Positions 18,421 through 28,738 of a stretch of DNA of 64,000 nucleotides are shown here, one piece after another. The stretch's first letter is position 1. Each line of letters starts with the position of its first letter. The stretch lies in NCBI GenBank assembly GCA_040218735.1, contig JAVJQW010000006.1, positions 64,001-128,000 of the forward strand, read 5' to 3'. Both the position numbers and the translations under genes were made by a program. This DNA comes from Deltaproteobacteria bacterium. Lineage in GTDB: Bacteria; Myxococcota; Kuafuiibacteriia; Kuafuiibacteriales; Kuafuiibacteriaceae. The notes beneath the pieces were generated by a model that was not told where the DNA came from, did not search any database, and worked only from the letters and a program-made list of their open reading frames with translations.

Positions 18421-21400
18421 TTACGGGGTCAGGCAGGTGTTGGTGTCCGTCGCGCAGTACTGGTTCGACGCGCAGGCGGAGCAGGCGCTGTTCGGGCGGC
18501 ACAGACCGAAGGCGACGCCCTGGTCGACCTCGCAGCCCCCGGACGCGCAGTCGGCGTTCACCGAGCACGTCGCCTCGCACTGCCCGTTCGTCGAGCAGAC
18601 CTCCCCGGTACCGCAGGCGCCGCAGTTGCTGTTCGCGACCGCGCGGCACTCACCGTAGACCTGGCCCCAGTCCAGCGTGCAGTTGCCGGCGCAGTCCGCG
18701 CTGTCGACACACGCCGAGCTGCACGTCTGGGTCTGCCAACTACAGATCCCGCCGGTGCACTCCGACGGCTGGCTGCACTGGATACCGTTCGGCCGTGAAT
18801 CGGTCGGCGCGATGCAGACGAAGTCCGTCCCGTTGAAGTTGGAGCGCGTGCAGCGCGTCCCCGAGGGGCACTGCGACGCCGTCGGATCGCAGTACGTCGT
18901 CTCGCAGACGCCGGAGGCGGTGCACATCGTGTCCTGGTCGCACTTCTCGTGGTCGCCGGCGCAGTCGATGCACTCGGGCGACGACTGGTCCGCGCAGACG
19001 CAGAGTCGCTCGTTGCCGAAGTCCTGACAGAGGTAGTCGTCGCCGTCGCCCTGGTTGGTGTTGCAGTCGGAGAAGTTCAGGCAGCTCACGCCGACGACGC
19101 CGCACTGGCCCGACCAAGAGTCGAGGCAGGCGAGGTGCGCGGGGCACGCGCACTCGTTCCGCTCCGGCGGGATCTGACAGCTCGCGTAACCTTGCCAGCT
19201 CTCGAACTGACACTGCTCACCCGCGGCGCAATCCGAGTTGCTCTGGCAGGTCGGGATGCAGAGGTTGTTGCTCGAGCACACCTCGTTGGCTCCGGGGCAC
19301 GTGTTGTTCACGCACGGCTCGTAAGGCGTGCAGTCGCTGATCGACTGGTTGCACGACTCGTTCGCGGCGCAACCTGCGTTGCAGGGCGTCGCGCTCGCGT
19401 CGGCGCAGAACTTCGGCGGCGGTCCGCTCGGCGAGCCCCAGTCCATCAGGCAGACCTGGCCTGCGCCACAGTCGGCCGTGGAGTTACACGACGGCTGGCA
19501 CTGGTTCATGTTCTGGTTGCACACGAACCCCGACGGGCACGCGCCGTTGTTCCCACAGGGCGCGAACGTGCTGCACTGACCGTTGTCGAGGCAGCTCTCG
19601 CCGGCCGCGCACTGCGGGCACTGCGACATCGCCGTGTCGACGCACATCTGCACCTGAGCGCCCGGGCCGGGGCTGCCCGGCGGCGGGTTCGTCCAGCCGT
19701 AGGCGCAGTTCTCGCCCGCGCCACACTCGCTCGTCGAGCTACACTCGGGGCGGCACGTGAAGTCCTGCTGCGCGCATTCGAAGCCCGCGCCGCACTGACC
19801 GTTCGAGTCACATGGCAGGTACTTGCTGCAGCGGTTCTCCCACGGGAAACACACCTCGTCCGGCGCACACCCGCCGCACGCGTTTGCGTCGCAGAAGGGG
19901 GCGCTGTTGGGCATCGTCGAGTCGCCGACGGCGCAGGTCCCGGACGAGCAGTCCGCGGTCGTCGTGCACCCTTCGACGCAGACCTGGTTCATGCACAGCA
20001 GGCTCGAGCAGTCGTCGTGGATCTTGCACGAGGTGCCGAGCGCGTGGGTGCCGGGCATCAGGCAGATCGCCTCGGTCGGGTACACCGGTCCGAAGTACTC
20101 ACCCGGCGGGCGGTCGCTGCCGAGCCAGTCGGCGCAGATCTGCGTGCCCCCGCATTGGCCGCCCGCACAGAAGTCCCAAGTGCACGCGCCCTGGTCGCAG
20201 GACGTCCCGTTGATGCAGTCCGCGTCGCTCGCACACGTGGTGCAGCTGCTCTGGTCGACGCAGGTACACACCGAGCCGCTCGGCGCCCACTCGTCGCAGA
20301 CCTCGCCCGCGTTGCAACCGGTGCCGGTGAAGCAGCCGTTCGCCGGCGCGCGCACGCAGCGATCGCGATAGACGTAGTACGAGCCGGTGCAGCTCGGCTC
20401 CTGCGCGCGGCGCTGCCGGCAGCTCTTGTCCTCGCTCCACTCGTCGAGCATCGCGCAGACCAGGCCGGCGGGGCAGTCGCTGCTCACGCCGCAGGGCGCG
20501 ATGCAGACGTAGCGGTTCGTGTCGCACTGCAGGCCGTTCGCGCAGTTCTGGTTGTCGTGGGAGCACGGCGGGTTCGTCGCGCCGTAACACTGGCCGTCCT
20601 GCTGGTGGCAGTACTCGGTCGGTCCGCACTGGCACGCCTCGTTCGGGAAGTGGTCCGGCAGCTCGGTGCGGCACGTGCGCTCGCCGTCCCAGTCGGACAC
20701 GCAGAACTCACCGGCGCCGCAGTCCGCGGCCGTCTGGCAGGACGGCGCGCAGGTGTGGGTCTCGTTCGAGCAGACGTCGTTGCCGGGGCAGGGCGTCGCC
20801 TCGTTGCAGAACGCGCCGGACTTGCAGGTCTGCGAGTCGAGGGCGCACCACTCGTCGTCGCCGCAGGGGCAGCCGTTCTCCTCGAATGCGCTGGTGCAGT
20901 GGAGGCTCGCGTTGTGGTTCCACGGGAAGACAGCGCAGACGTCGTCGCCGGAGCAGTCGGAGGTGGTTGCGCAACCTGGCTTGCAGTAGGCGCCCGGCGG
21001 GGGGCCGTCTTCGCCGTTGGCGCCGGAGGCGTCGTGGTACTCGACGCAGACCTCGCCCGATTCACAACCCGTGTTGCCGTCTTCGCGCCACGGTTCACAC
21101 GGGACCTCCGAAGTGCAGACGCCCTGGTATTCGATGCCGATCTCGTCGTCGTTGCAGTCGAGCTCGGTGTACGGATCGCAGAACCCACCTTGCGACGGGT
21201 CGCCGACGACGCACGTCACCGTGCCGCCGGACTGTCGACAATCCGCGCTGGTGCGGCAGGACGCTTCACACGTGCCGGAGTTGTAGTTGCAGCGCAGCTC
21301 GCTGCCGCACTGCTCCTCGAAGAAACACGACTCACCTTCGCCGCGCTCGCAGAAGCCGACGCCCGCCGGCATCTCCGGGAGGCCCGTGATGCACTGGCGC

Positions 21401-23586
21401 GGGCCGTTGTCGCCGTCCGGGCACGACGCGTCGTGCATGCCGCCGCAGAACTGGCCGTCGGAGGGGACACACGCGGGGCCTTCCACGAGGCCGGGGTGCT
21501 CGCTGTGCTCCTCACAGCCGAACTCGTTGCAGCACTCCCATCCGCCGTCCTCCAGCGGGTGGCAGCAGACCTCGCGGCCGTCGTCACCGACGAAGCAGTC
21601 GTGGCCTTCGGGGCGTTTGTCGCCGAGGTCTTCGACGCAGATGAAGCCCTCCGCGCACTGCTCCGACTGGCTGCAGCTCCGGCGCGGGACACACAGCTTC
21701 ACGACGTCTTCGCCGACACACTGGTAGCCGGTGTCGCAGGCGACGTCCGAGAGGCCGCCGCAGAACGACTTGCCGTCGGGCGGCTGCGGTTGGCAGTGCC
21801 CCTCCGAGTTCACGAAGTCGTTCTCGGGGACACACACACCGTCTTCGGGGCAGGGCGCGGTCGCGCTGCACGTGGGGTGCAGGCTCTCGTAGTGCATCAG
21901 GCCGAGCGACGCGTGGTCGATCGAATCGGACGGCTGGATGCCGGCGTCGTAGAGGACCCAGTAGATCCGGCCGTCGGCGGTCGCCGCGACGACCGTTCCC
22001 TTGCCGGGCGCGGGTGCGAGCAGGCGCGTGGCTTCCGTGCCGAGGCGCATCGAGAAGGACAACAGCTCGCCGCCAGCGGCGACGTTCACGAAGCCCATCC
22101 CGGCGTTCTCCTCGTGGGAGCCGTAAACGAAGTACGTGCTCGCGGACGCGTCGACCGCGACGTTCGGGTTCGTGTGCGCGGAGAGCGCGGAGAGGTCGAC
22201 GTCGCGCTTCGTGTTCATTGCGATGGGCGAGAAGTTGCCGCTCGCGTCGCGCGCGAAGATCGAGTCGGCGAGGATCACGCGCGTGGGTCGCACGTCGATC
22301 GGACCGGCCGAGAGGGACTCGCTCACGCCGAAGAGATCCTGTGCGGACTGCATCGACACCACGGGGTTGGTCGCACAGGTGTCGAGCGAGAGGACCGCCG
22401 ACACGAGGTCGTTGTTGCTGGAGAGGAGCCCCGTCGAGAGGACGAAGTGGCCGGCGGTGACGTCGTCGACGCCGTTGAACACCTCTTCGACGGTGGGCGC
22501 GACGTTGTCGCCCTTGAGGTCGAACTCGGTGACGATGCGCAGCTCGTCGTCGACGATGCGGATCATGTAGTCGTTGTCGTGCGGGTACGTGAACACGTAG
22601 CGGTTGCACGTCTCGTGTTTGCCTTGGAAGCGGCCGCCCTCGGCGATGACCCGGCGGACCTCGCCGGTCTCGTCGTCGACGAACGCGGCCCAGTTGCCGA
22701 TCTGCACCACGAGCACGTCGTTGGCGAAGTCGTGGAAGACGGAGTAGTCGCCGCCGAAGCCGCCGGCCTCGCCGACCTCGGAGAACTGGCCTTCCTTGTT
22801 GCGCTCGTCATCGACGCCGTTGGCGAAGCCGTCACAGAACTGCTGCGGAACGGTGAAGCGCGGCGGGTTGGTGAGCTCCTGTCGGACGAAGCAGTCCTGA
22901 GCGGTGCAGTCGACCACGGCGCCCGACGCGAGGCCGGAGAGGTCGTACAGGCGGAGCTCCTCGGAGGTGACGACCAGCGCCTTGTTGCCACCGTGGGTCA
23001 CGGAGACGAGGGCGGCGCGGTTGGTGAACGCGTTTTCGTCGTAGATCAGCGCGGCGAACGAGGGATCGTCGACGTCGCCGACGACGAGGCCGATGTTCGA
23101 GCCGACGACGAAGCGACCCGAGGTGGCGTCGATGTCCAGCTTGCTGCCGCACGCGTCGACCTTCGCCTGCTCGTGCAGCGCGAACATCGAGATGCGCGGG
23201 AGGAAGAACGTGGCGGTGGCGTTCGCCGACACTTCGATCTCGGTCCGTGTCTCGTACGCGACGGCGGCGAGCGGGTCCTGTTGGATCCCGACCGTGTAGT
23301 GGCCTTCGGGCAGCGCGACCGAAACCGTCCCGTCCGGGTTGGGTGTCGCGGTCGCGACGTCACCGTTGTCGTTGGTGAAGGCGATCGTGAGCTGGTCGAC
23401 GGTCAGCCCTCGGCTCGTGCGGGCGGTGAGCCCTTGCCCGCCGCCCTCCGGGGGGGCGCCGAGGCGGCCTTCGACCGCGCCCATCCCCTCGGGTAGCTCT
23501 TCACTCGATCCTTTGGTCTTGTCGCCACACGCGGCGAAGGTGAGCGCCGCGACGGCGCAACATACGTATCCAACAACTCGATCCAC
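18421..23586 (-). CDS. Giant (1721 aa) lipoprotein: beta-rich N-terminal half followed by many Cys-rich repeats
   Basis: GTG at 23586 after AGGGGG; lipobox FAAC; repeated CxxxxDC-x4-C modules. The ORF-track extension to 24687 is the shadow of the GST gene. Confidence 0.8.
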   Translation of the reverse strand: MDRVVGYVCCAVAALTFAACGDKTKGSSEELPEGMGAVEGRLGAPPEGGGQGLTARTSRGLTVDQLTIAFTNDNGDVATATPNPDGTVSVALPEGHYTVGIQQDPLAAVAYETRTEIEVSANATATFFLPRISMFALHEQAKVDACGSKLDIDATSGRFVVGSNIGLVVGDVDDPSFAALIYDENAFTNRAALVSVTHGGNKALVVTSEELRLYDLSGLASGAVVDCTAQDCFVRQELTNPPRFTVPQQFCDGFANGVDDERNKEGQFSEVGEAGGFGGDYSVFHDFANDVLVVQIGNWAAFVDDETGEVRRVIAEGGRFQGKHETCNRYVFTYPHDNDYMIRIVDDELRIVTEFDLKGDNVAPTVEEVFNGVDDVTAGHFVLSTGLLSSNNDLVSAVLSLDTCATNPVVSMQSAQDLFGVSESLSAGPIDVRPTRVILADSIFARDASGNFSPIAMNTKRDVDLSALSAHTNPNVAVDASASTYFVYGSHEENAGMGFVNVAAGGELLSFSMRLGTEATRLLAPAPGKGTVVAATADGRIYWVLYDAGIQPSDSIDHASLGLMHYESLHPTCSATAPCPEDGVCVPENDFVNSEGHCQPQPPDGKSFCGGLSDVACDTGYQCVGEDVVKLCVPRRSCSQSEQCAEGFICVEDLGDKRPEGHDCFVGDDGREVCCHPLEDGGWECCNEFGCEEHSEHPGLVEGPACVPSDGQFCGGMHDASCPDGDNGPRQCITGLPEMPAGVGFCERGEGESCFFEEQCGSELRCNYNSGTCEASCRTSADCRQSGGTVTCVVGDPSQGGFCDPYTELDCNDDEIGIEYQGVCTSEVPCEPWREDGNTGCESGEVCVEYHDASGANGEDGPPPGAYCKPGCATTSDCSGDDVCAVFPWNHNASLHCTSAFEENGCPCGDDEWCALDSQTCKSGAFCNEATPCPGNDVCSNETHTCAPSCQTAADCGAGEFCVSDWDGERTCRTELPDHFPNEACQCGPTEYCHQQDGQCYGATNPPCSHDNQNCANGLQCDTNRYVCIAPCGVSSDCPAGLVCAMLDEWSEDKSCRQRRAQEPSCTGSYYVYRDRCVRAPANGCFTGTGCNAGEVCDEWAPSGSVCTCVDQSSCTTCASDADCINGTSCDQGACTWDFCAGGQCGGTQICADWLGSDRPPGEYFGPVYPTEAICLMPGTHALGTSCKIHDDCSSLLCMNQVCVEGCTTTADCSSGTCAVGDSTMPNSAPFCDANACGGCAPDEVCFPWENRCSKYLPCDSNGQCGAGFECAQQDFTCRPECSSTSECGAGENCAYGWTNPPPGSPGPGAQVQMCVDTAMSQCPQCAAGESCLDNGQCSTFAPCGNNGACPSGFVCNQNMNQCQPSCNSTADCGAGQVCLMDWGSPSGPPPKFCADASATPCNAGCAANESCNQSISDCTPYEPCVNNTCPGANEVCSSNNLCIPTCQSNSDCAAGEQCQFESWQGYASCQIPPERNECACPAHLACLDSWSGQCGVVGVSCLNFSDCNTNQGDGDDYLCQDFGNERLCVCADQSSPECIDCAGDHEKCDQDTMCTASGVCETTYCDPTASQCPSGTRCTRSNFNGTDFVCIAPTDSRPNGIQCSQPSECTGGICSWQTQTCSSACVDSADCAGNCTLDWGQVYGECRAVANSNCGACGTGEVCSTNGQCEATCSVNADCASGGCEVDQGVAFGLCRPNSACSACASNQYCATDTNTCLTP

Positions 23587-23736
23587 TGGGTCCCCCTGCG
23601 AGCGCAGCTGCGCTGGAAGACACGATCGGTCCTGAACCCGGACGATTGAGACGGAGTGGACTCGGGTGGTCTCGTGAGATGCATGTCTCGTCTTTAGCCA
23701 GTTGTGGGGATTCGTCGGCGAGCTAGACTCCGCGCG

Positions 23737-24804
23737 ATGCAGCTCGTCATCGCGAACAAGAACTACTCGTCCTGGTCGCTTCGGGCGTGGCTGCTCATGA
23801 AGCAGCTCGAGATCCCGTTCGAAGAGGTCTACCTCGGCTTCAACCTCCCCGACTGGAAGACGAAGGTACGCGGCTACGCCTCGGCGGGGTGTGTGCCCGT
23901 GCTGATCGACGGAGACGAGGCGGTGTGGGAGACGATCGCGATCGCCGAGTACCTCGCGGAACGCTTCGACGGCGTCTGGCCGTCGGATCCTGCCGCGCGC
24001 TCCGTGGCGCGCTCGATGGTCGCCGAGATGCACTCCGGCTTCTCGGCGCTCCGCACGCACATGCCGATGAACATCGCGGCGCGCTTCGAGGGCTTTGGCC
24101 TCAACACCGCCGTGCGCCGGGACATCGATCGTGTGCTCGCGCTGTGGCGCGCCGCGCGTGAGCGCTTCGGTGCCGACGGTCCGTTCCTGTTCGGCGCCTT
24201 CTGCGCCGCCGACGCGTTCTACGCGCCGGTCGTCTGGCGCTTCGTCACGCACGGCGTCGCGCTCCCGGACGACGCGTGCGCCTACGTCGAAGCCGTGCGC
24301 GCGCTGCCGTCGATGCAGTCCTGGGTGAAGGTCGCGCTCGCGGAAGACGACTTCGTCGCGATGGACGAGCCGTATCGCAGCGCGGCGGACGAGACACCGC
24401 GCCCGCCGGCGCCGCGCCTGTACCGGGTCATCGTTCCGGTCACGGACCTCGAGGTCGCCGTTCGGTTCTACCGGCACGTCCTCGGCATCGCGGGGACGCC
24501 GGTCTCCGATGGACGCCACTACTTCGACTGCGCCGGCGTGATCCTCGCGTGCCTCGATCCGGCGCGCGACGGCGATGCGCCGCTGTCGCCGCTCCCGGAG
24601 AACCTCTACCTCTCGGCGCGTGACCTCGAGCTCGTCCGCACGCGTGTCGCGTCGAGCGAAGGTCGCCTCGCGGACGGCGATGTCCACGGCGGTGCGGCGG
24701 GAGAGATCGTCCGCCGCCCGTGGGGGGAGCGCTCGTTCTACGCGTTCGATCCGTTCGGGAACCCGCTGTGTTTCGTCGCCGAGGACACCGAGTTCACCGG
24801 GTAG
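23737..24804 (+). CDS. Glutathione S-transferase fused to a C-terminal VOC/glyoxalase domain
   Basis: MQLVIANKNYSSWSLRAWL, VPVL and WETIAIAEYL; then DLEVAVRFY..RPWGERSFYAFDPFGNPL. Confidence 0.85.
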   Translation: MQLVIANKNYSSWSLRAWLLMKQLEIPFEEVYLGFNLPDWKTKVRGYASAGCVPVLIDGDEAVWETIAIAEYLAERFDGVWPSDPAARSVARSMVAEMHSGFSALRTHMPMNIAARFEGFGLNTAVRRDIDRVLALWRAARERFGADGPFLFGAFCAADAFYAPVVWRFVTHGVALPDDACAYVEAVRALPSMQSWVKVALAEDDFVAMDEPYRSAADETPRPPAPRLYRVIVPVTDLEVAVRFYRHVLGIAGTPVSDGRHYFDCAGVILACLDPARDGDAPLSPLPENLYLSARDLELVRTRVASSEGRLADGDVHGGAAGEIVRRPWGERSFYAFDPFGNPLCFVAEDTEFTG

Positions 24805-25392
24805 TCAGCGCCTAAAACCACCCGGCTCTTCGTCCGGCTTCGGCTCCGGCTTCTTCGGCGGTGCGGCCTTCGGCTTCGGCGCGTTGCGCCGCGGGCGCAC
24901 GTAGTCGCGGCACGCCGTCGGGTACTGGTCGTTGTACGCGTTGGCGGCGTCGATCGAGCGTGCGACGGCGATCGGTTTGGGCAGGTCGTCGAAGTACCCG
25001 ACGATGATCCCCACGGGGACGAGCACCCCGGCGCCGGCGATCAATCCGCGGTCGTCCTGCACCAGCCCCGCGACCGCCAAGCCGATGCCCGCGATCGTCG
25101 CCACGAAGCCGGTGTAGCGGATCGCGGTCGACAGGATGAGCATGTTGTCCGCGCCCTCGGCGTACTCGACCGCTTCGGGGACACACTCGACGATGTCGAT
25201 GAGGTCATCGACGTCGTTCCGCACGTCGATCACGTTGCGCCCGTACACGAGGATGGGGCCCACCTCGTGCTGCTCGACGACGAGCTCCTCCGCCGGGTTC
25301 CAGCGCCGCTGGTACGGCTGCTGCGGCGTGGCACACGCGGACACCGCGAGCACCGCGAGTGCTGCGAGGAGCGCGAGCCTCAGCGTCCCCAT
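24805..25392 (-). CDS. Hypothetical lipoprotein/membrane protein
   Basis: Lipobox VSAC and two TM segments. Confidence 0.6.
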   Translation of the reverse strand: MGTLRLALLAALAVLAVSACATPQQPYQRRWNPAEELVVEQHEVGPILVYGRNVIDVRNDVDDLIDIVECVPEAVEYAEGADNMLILSTAIRYTGFVATIAGIGLAVAGLVQDDRGLIAGAGVLVPVGIIVGYFDDLPKPIAVARSIDAANAYNDQYPTACRDYVRPRRNAPKPKAAPPKKPEPKPDEEPGGFRR

Positions 25393-25820
25393 TGTTTCAC
25401 GCACTCCACGACGTCGTTGTAGCGGTTCACGACGTTGAGCAACGACACCGCCGGGTCCGAGCTGTCTTCGCCCGAGATCACGATGAACGTCTCGCCTGGT
25501 TTGTTCGGCGCGCCCTGCACGGTGCGCACGCGGTACACGCCGGCGTCGAAGTGCGAGACGAACCCGCCGAACGAGCGCACGTCGGTCGGCGCCTCCGTGA
25601 GCTCGGCGCCGTGTTTGGCGAGCTGCACGGTGTAGGCGTCGCACTTGAACGGGGGGTCGAGGGAGATCGCCTTCACCTCGGGCGCGATCAGCGAGACGTA
25701 CGCGCCGCTGTTGTCGCGGATCGCGGCGGCGTGGTTCGGACGTTCGCTCGGTGCGTAGGAGGTGGTGACGCACCCCAGCAGCGCGGCGGCAGCGCAGGCG
25801 ATCGCGACGGTCCGCGGCAC
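25380..25820 (-). CDS. Hypothetical lipoprotein
   Basis: Lipobox LLGC; TAGGCT 6 nt before the GTG. Confidence 0.6.
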   Translation of the reverse strand: MPRTVAIACAAAALLGCVTTSYAPSERPNHAAAIRDNSGAYVSLIAPEVKAISLDPPFKCDAYTVQLAKHGAELTEAPTDVRSFGGFVSHFDAGVYRVRTVQGAPNKPGETFIVISGEDSSDPAVSLLNVVNRYNDVVECVKQWGR

Positions 25821-25881
25821 GCGGCGAGCCTAGCACGTCGGTCGCCATGCCGGTCCGCCGTGTCGGCCGACACACTTCGCT

Positions 25882-26508
25882 TCAGTGGATTCGCTGCGGG
25901 AAGTTGCGCGCCCAGATCTCGGTGAGCGCAGGTCGCGCGCCGACCGCTCGCGCGAGCCGCTCGACCTTCGGTGCGTCCGCGGTCGGCAGGTCCCAGCGAC
26001 TGAGTACCGCGAGGTAGATGTCCGTGGCGCAGAAAGTCTCGCCGAGGAGGTAGGGCCCGTCGCCGAGCGCGCCTTCGACCGTCTTCCACCGCTCGTTCCA
26101 GATGGACTGCGCGCGCGCCTTCACCGGTGCGGGGTCGGCGCCCTCGGGAGCGAAGCGCTCGGGGTAGTCGATGATCTCCACGATCGGATAGAGCTCGGCC
26201 GCACCGAAGAGGAGCCACCGCAACGCACGCGCGCGCTCCGGGCTCTTGGCGGGCGGGAGCACGCCGCCGTCGGGGTGGCGCTCCGCGAGTGTGATGACGA
26301 TGGCGGCCGACTCGGTGATTGTCTCGCCCTCGGGCGTCACCAGCGTCGGCACCTTCATGTGCGGGTTGACGCTCGCGTACGGCGCTTCGCGCTGCGCGTG
26401 GTTCTTCATGTCGAGGCGCTCGTAGTCGTAGGTGATGCCGAGCTCCGCGAGGACGGACTCGACGATCGACGCGCCGCTCCCGTGGGCTCCGTACAGTCGA
26501 TAGCTCAC
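25882..26508 (-). CDS. Glutathione S-transferase family protein
   Basis: Motifs VNPHMKVPTL, TESAAI and GPYLLGETFCATDIYL. Confidence 0.88.
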   Translation of the reverse strand: MSYRLYGAHGSGASIVESVLAELGITYDYERLDMKNHAQREAPYASVNPHMKVPTLVTPEGETITESAAIVITLAERHPDGGVLPPAKSPERARALRWLLFGAAELYPIVEIIDYPERFAPEGADPAPVKARAQSIWNERWKTVEGALGDGPYLLGETFCATDIYLAVLSRWDLPTADAPKVERLARAVGARPALTEIWARNFPQRIH

Positions 26509-26525
26509 GGCGCGGAGGATAGCGC

Positions 26526-28325
26526 GTGGACCCGCGCGCCGCGACGGTCTATCGATTCGTCATGCGCCGCGTACCTCGTCTGAAGGAACCGCTCGTCGTC
26601 CGCGAGGAGCGCGACGACGGAGGTTTTGTGTTGCGGTCCCCGACGCCGCTCGGCGCGCGCCCGGCGAACCTGTCGGCGTGGGTCGAACGCTGGGCGCGCG
26701 AGCGACCCGACACCGTGGCCTTCGCGGAGCGCAGCGGCGAAGGCTGGCGGACGATCACCTGGTCCGCGCTCGCCGAGCAATCGCGCGCGATCGGGCAAGC
26801 GCTCGCGGAGCGCGACCTCTCGCTGGAGCGTCCGGTGATGATCCTCTCTGGCAACTCGATCGATCACGCGCTGATGACGTTCGGTGCGATGGCGGTCGGC
26901 GTCCCCGTGGTGCCGGTCTCGGTGGCGTACGCGCTGTCGAGCACGGACTGGGTGCAGCTGCGTCACATCTTCGACCTGGTGACGCCGGGGATGATCTTCG
27001 TCGAGCACGCCGCGCCGTTCGCGAAAGCGCTCGCGGCGCTCGACCTGACCGGGGTGGAGCTCGTCGCCTCCGAAGGGGGAGGCACGCCGCTGAGCGCGTT
27101 GGTGAAGACGTCCCCGTCGGAGCGCTTCGCGGAGCGCGCGGCGACGGTCGGCCCGGACACCGTCGCGAAGATCCTGATGACGTCCGGTTCCACGGATCGA
27201 CCCAAGGGGGTGCTCACGACGCACGGGATGCTCACCGCGAACCAGCAGTCCCTCGCGCAGGCGTGGCCGTTCGTCGACGACGCGGCGCCCGTGCTCGTCG
27301 ACTGGCTGCCCTGGTCGCACACGTTCGGGGGCAGCCACAACTTCAACCTCGTCCTGCGGAACGGCGGGACGATGTACATCGACGGCGGTCGTCCGGCGCC
27401 GGCGCTCTTCGGTCGTACGCTCGAAAACCTCGCGAAGGTCGCGCCGACGATCCAGTTCAACGTGCCGGCCGGCTACGCGATGTTGGTGAAGGCGCTCGAG
27501 GACGACGCCGCCTTCGCGAAGCAGTTCTTTTCGCGGATGGAGGCGGTGTTCTACGCCGCGGCGGCGTTGCCGCAGGACGTCTGGGCGCGCCTCGACGCGG
27601 TCGCGGAGCGGACGCTCGGGCACCGCATCTGGCTCACCACGGCGTGGGGATCAACGGAGACTTCGCCGCTCGTCACCTCCGCGCACTTCGCGCTCGACGA
27701 GGCGGGCAACATCGGCGTGCCGGTCCCGGGGTGTGAGCTCGCGTTCGTCCCGAACGGCGGCAAGCTCGAGCTGCGAGTGCGCGGCCCCAACGTCACGCCG
27801 GGGTACCACCGCGATTCGACGAAGACGGCGGCGGCGTTCGACGAGGAAGGCTTCTACCGCATCGGCGACGCGGGTCGCCTCGCGGATACGGAGGCGCCAG
27901 CGCGTGGCGTCGTGTTCGACGGACGCGTCGCGGAGGACTTCAAGCTGCAGACCGGGACGTGGGTGAACGTCGCGGAGGTGCGGACCGGGTGCCTCTCCGC
28001 GGCGGGGGGCTTGCTGACGAACGCGGTGGTGACCGGTCACGACCGCGACTACGTCGGGCTGCTCGGTTGGCTGTCGCCTTCGGCGGAGGAGGGCGCGCGC
28101 GAGGCGCTCGCCGCGCGGCTCGCGAAGCGGAACGACGAGGTGAAGGGCTCGTCGCGTCGTGTCGCGCGGGTGCTGCTCCTGGAGGCACCGCCGTCGTTGG
28201 ACGCCGGGGAGATCACCGACAAGGGTTACGTCAACGCGGCCGCCGTGCTCGCGAACCGCGCGGAGCAGGTCGAGGCGCTGCACGCGGATGCGCCCGGCGA
28301 CGACGTGTTGGTGTTGCCGGACTGA
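26526..28325 (+). CDS. fcs: Feruloyl-CoA synthase-like acyl-CoA ligase
   Basis: Motifs [39 protein letters not shown] and GEITDKGY. Confidence 0.8.
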   Translation: MDPRAATVYRFVMRRVPRLKEPLVVREERDDGGFVLRSPTPLGARPANLSAWVERWARERPDTVAFAERSGEGWRTITWSALAEQSRAIGQALAERDLSLERPVMILSGNSIDHALMTFGAMAVGVPVVPVSVAYALSSTDWVQLRHIFDLVTPGMIFVEHAAPFAKALAALDLTGVELVASEGGGTPLSALVKTSPSERFAERAATVGPDTVAKILMTSGSTDRPKGVLTTHGMLTANQQSLAQAWPFVDDAAPVLVDWLPWSHTFGGSHNFNLVLRNGGTMYIDGGRPAPALFGRTLENLAKVAPTIQFNVPAGYAMLVKALEDDAAFAKQFFSRMEAVFYAAAALPQDVWARLDAVAERTLGHRIWLTTAWGSTETSPLVTSAHFALDEAGNIGVPVPGCELAFVPNGGKLELRVRGPNVTPGYHRDSTKTAAAFDEEGFYRIGDAGRLADTEAPARGVVFDGRVAEDFKLQTGTWVNVAEVRTGCLSAAGGLLTNAVVTGHDRDYVGLLGWLSPSAEEGAREALAARLAKRNDEVKGSSRRVARVLLLEAPPSLDAGEITDKGYVNAAAVLANRAEQVEALHADAPGDDVLVLPD

Positions 28326-28395
28326 GTGGGTCATGCGGCCCGCATGACCGAGCGTGCGCGGCGATCTGGGCGCCGGCACCGGGCGTACTCGACAC

Positions 28396-28728
28396 ATGGG
28401 AATCAGTGGAGCCGAGGGGCCCGGCGCAGATGGCCTCGAGCTCAGGATTCGGCGTCAGCAGCTCGAGGGCGTGCCGCCGCGGCGGCAGGCGGAGGGGTTG
28501 ATCCGTCGCGTGGGCGATCTGGTCCAGGCGCAGCAGGCGATGAACCCGTTCGGGGTCGGCCCGGACGCCGATCCGCCGTTGGCCAAGGAGATCAGCGGCG
28601 CGCTCCGCGAGCTCGCGCAGCTCGCGCGTAGCAATCCGGTCGCCGTGCAGCGCGCGCTCGAGGACGCACCCGCGGTCACCGCGATGCTCGCGCGCGCGTC
28701 GGGCCAGTTCCGCGAGCCGGGGAACTGA
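28396..28728 (+). CDS. Hypothetical protein
   Basis: 110-aa ORF with host-like codon usage filling the gap between fcs and the next gene. Confidence 0.55.
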   Translation: MGISGAEGPGADGLELRIRRQQLEGVPPRRQAEGLIRRVGDLVQAQQAMNPFGVGPDADPPLAKEISGALRELAQLARSNPVAVQRALEDAPAVTAMLARASGQFREPGN

Positions 28729-28738
28729 GCACCCGGGC

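Noticed and set aside
18949-23496. 1515-aa plus-strand ORF and other long antisense ORFs (e.g. 2739-5207, 8703-10979, 59672-61846)
   Set aside because: These are R/A/V-rich shadow frames of real genes, expected in high-GC DNA, and have no motifs.
23587-24687. N-terminal extension of the Cys-rich ORF to 2088 aa
   Set aside because: It is antisense to the GST-VOC gene; the signal peptide and SD place the start at 23586.
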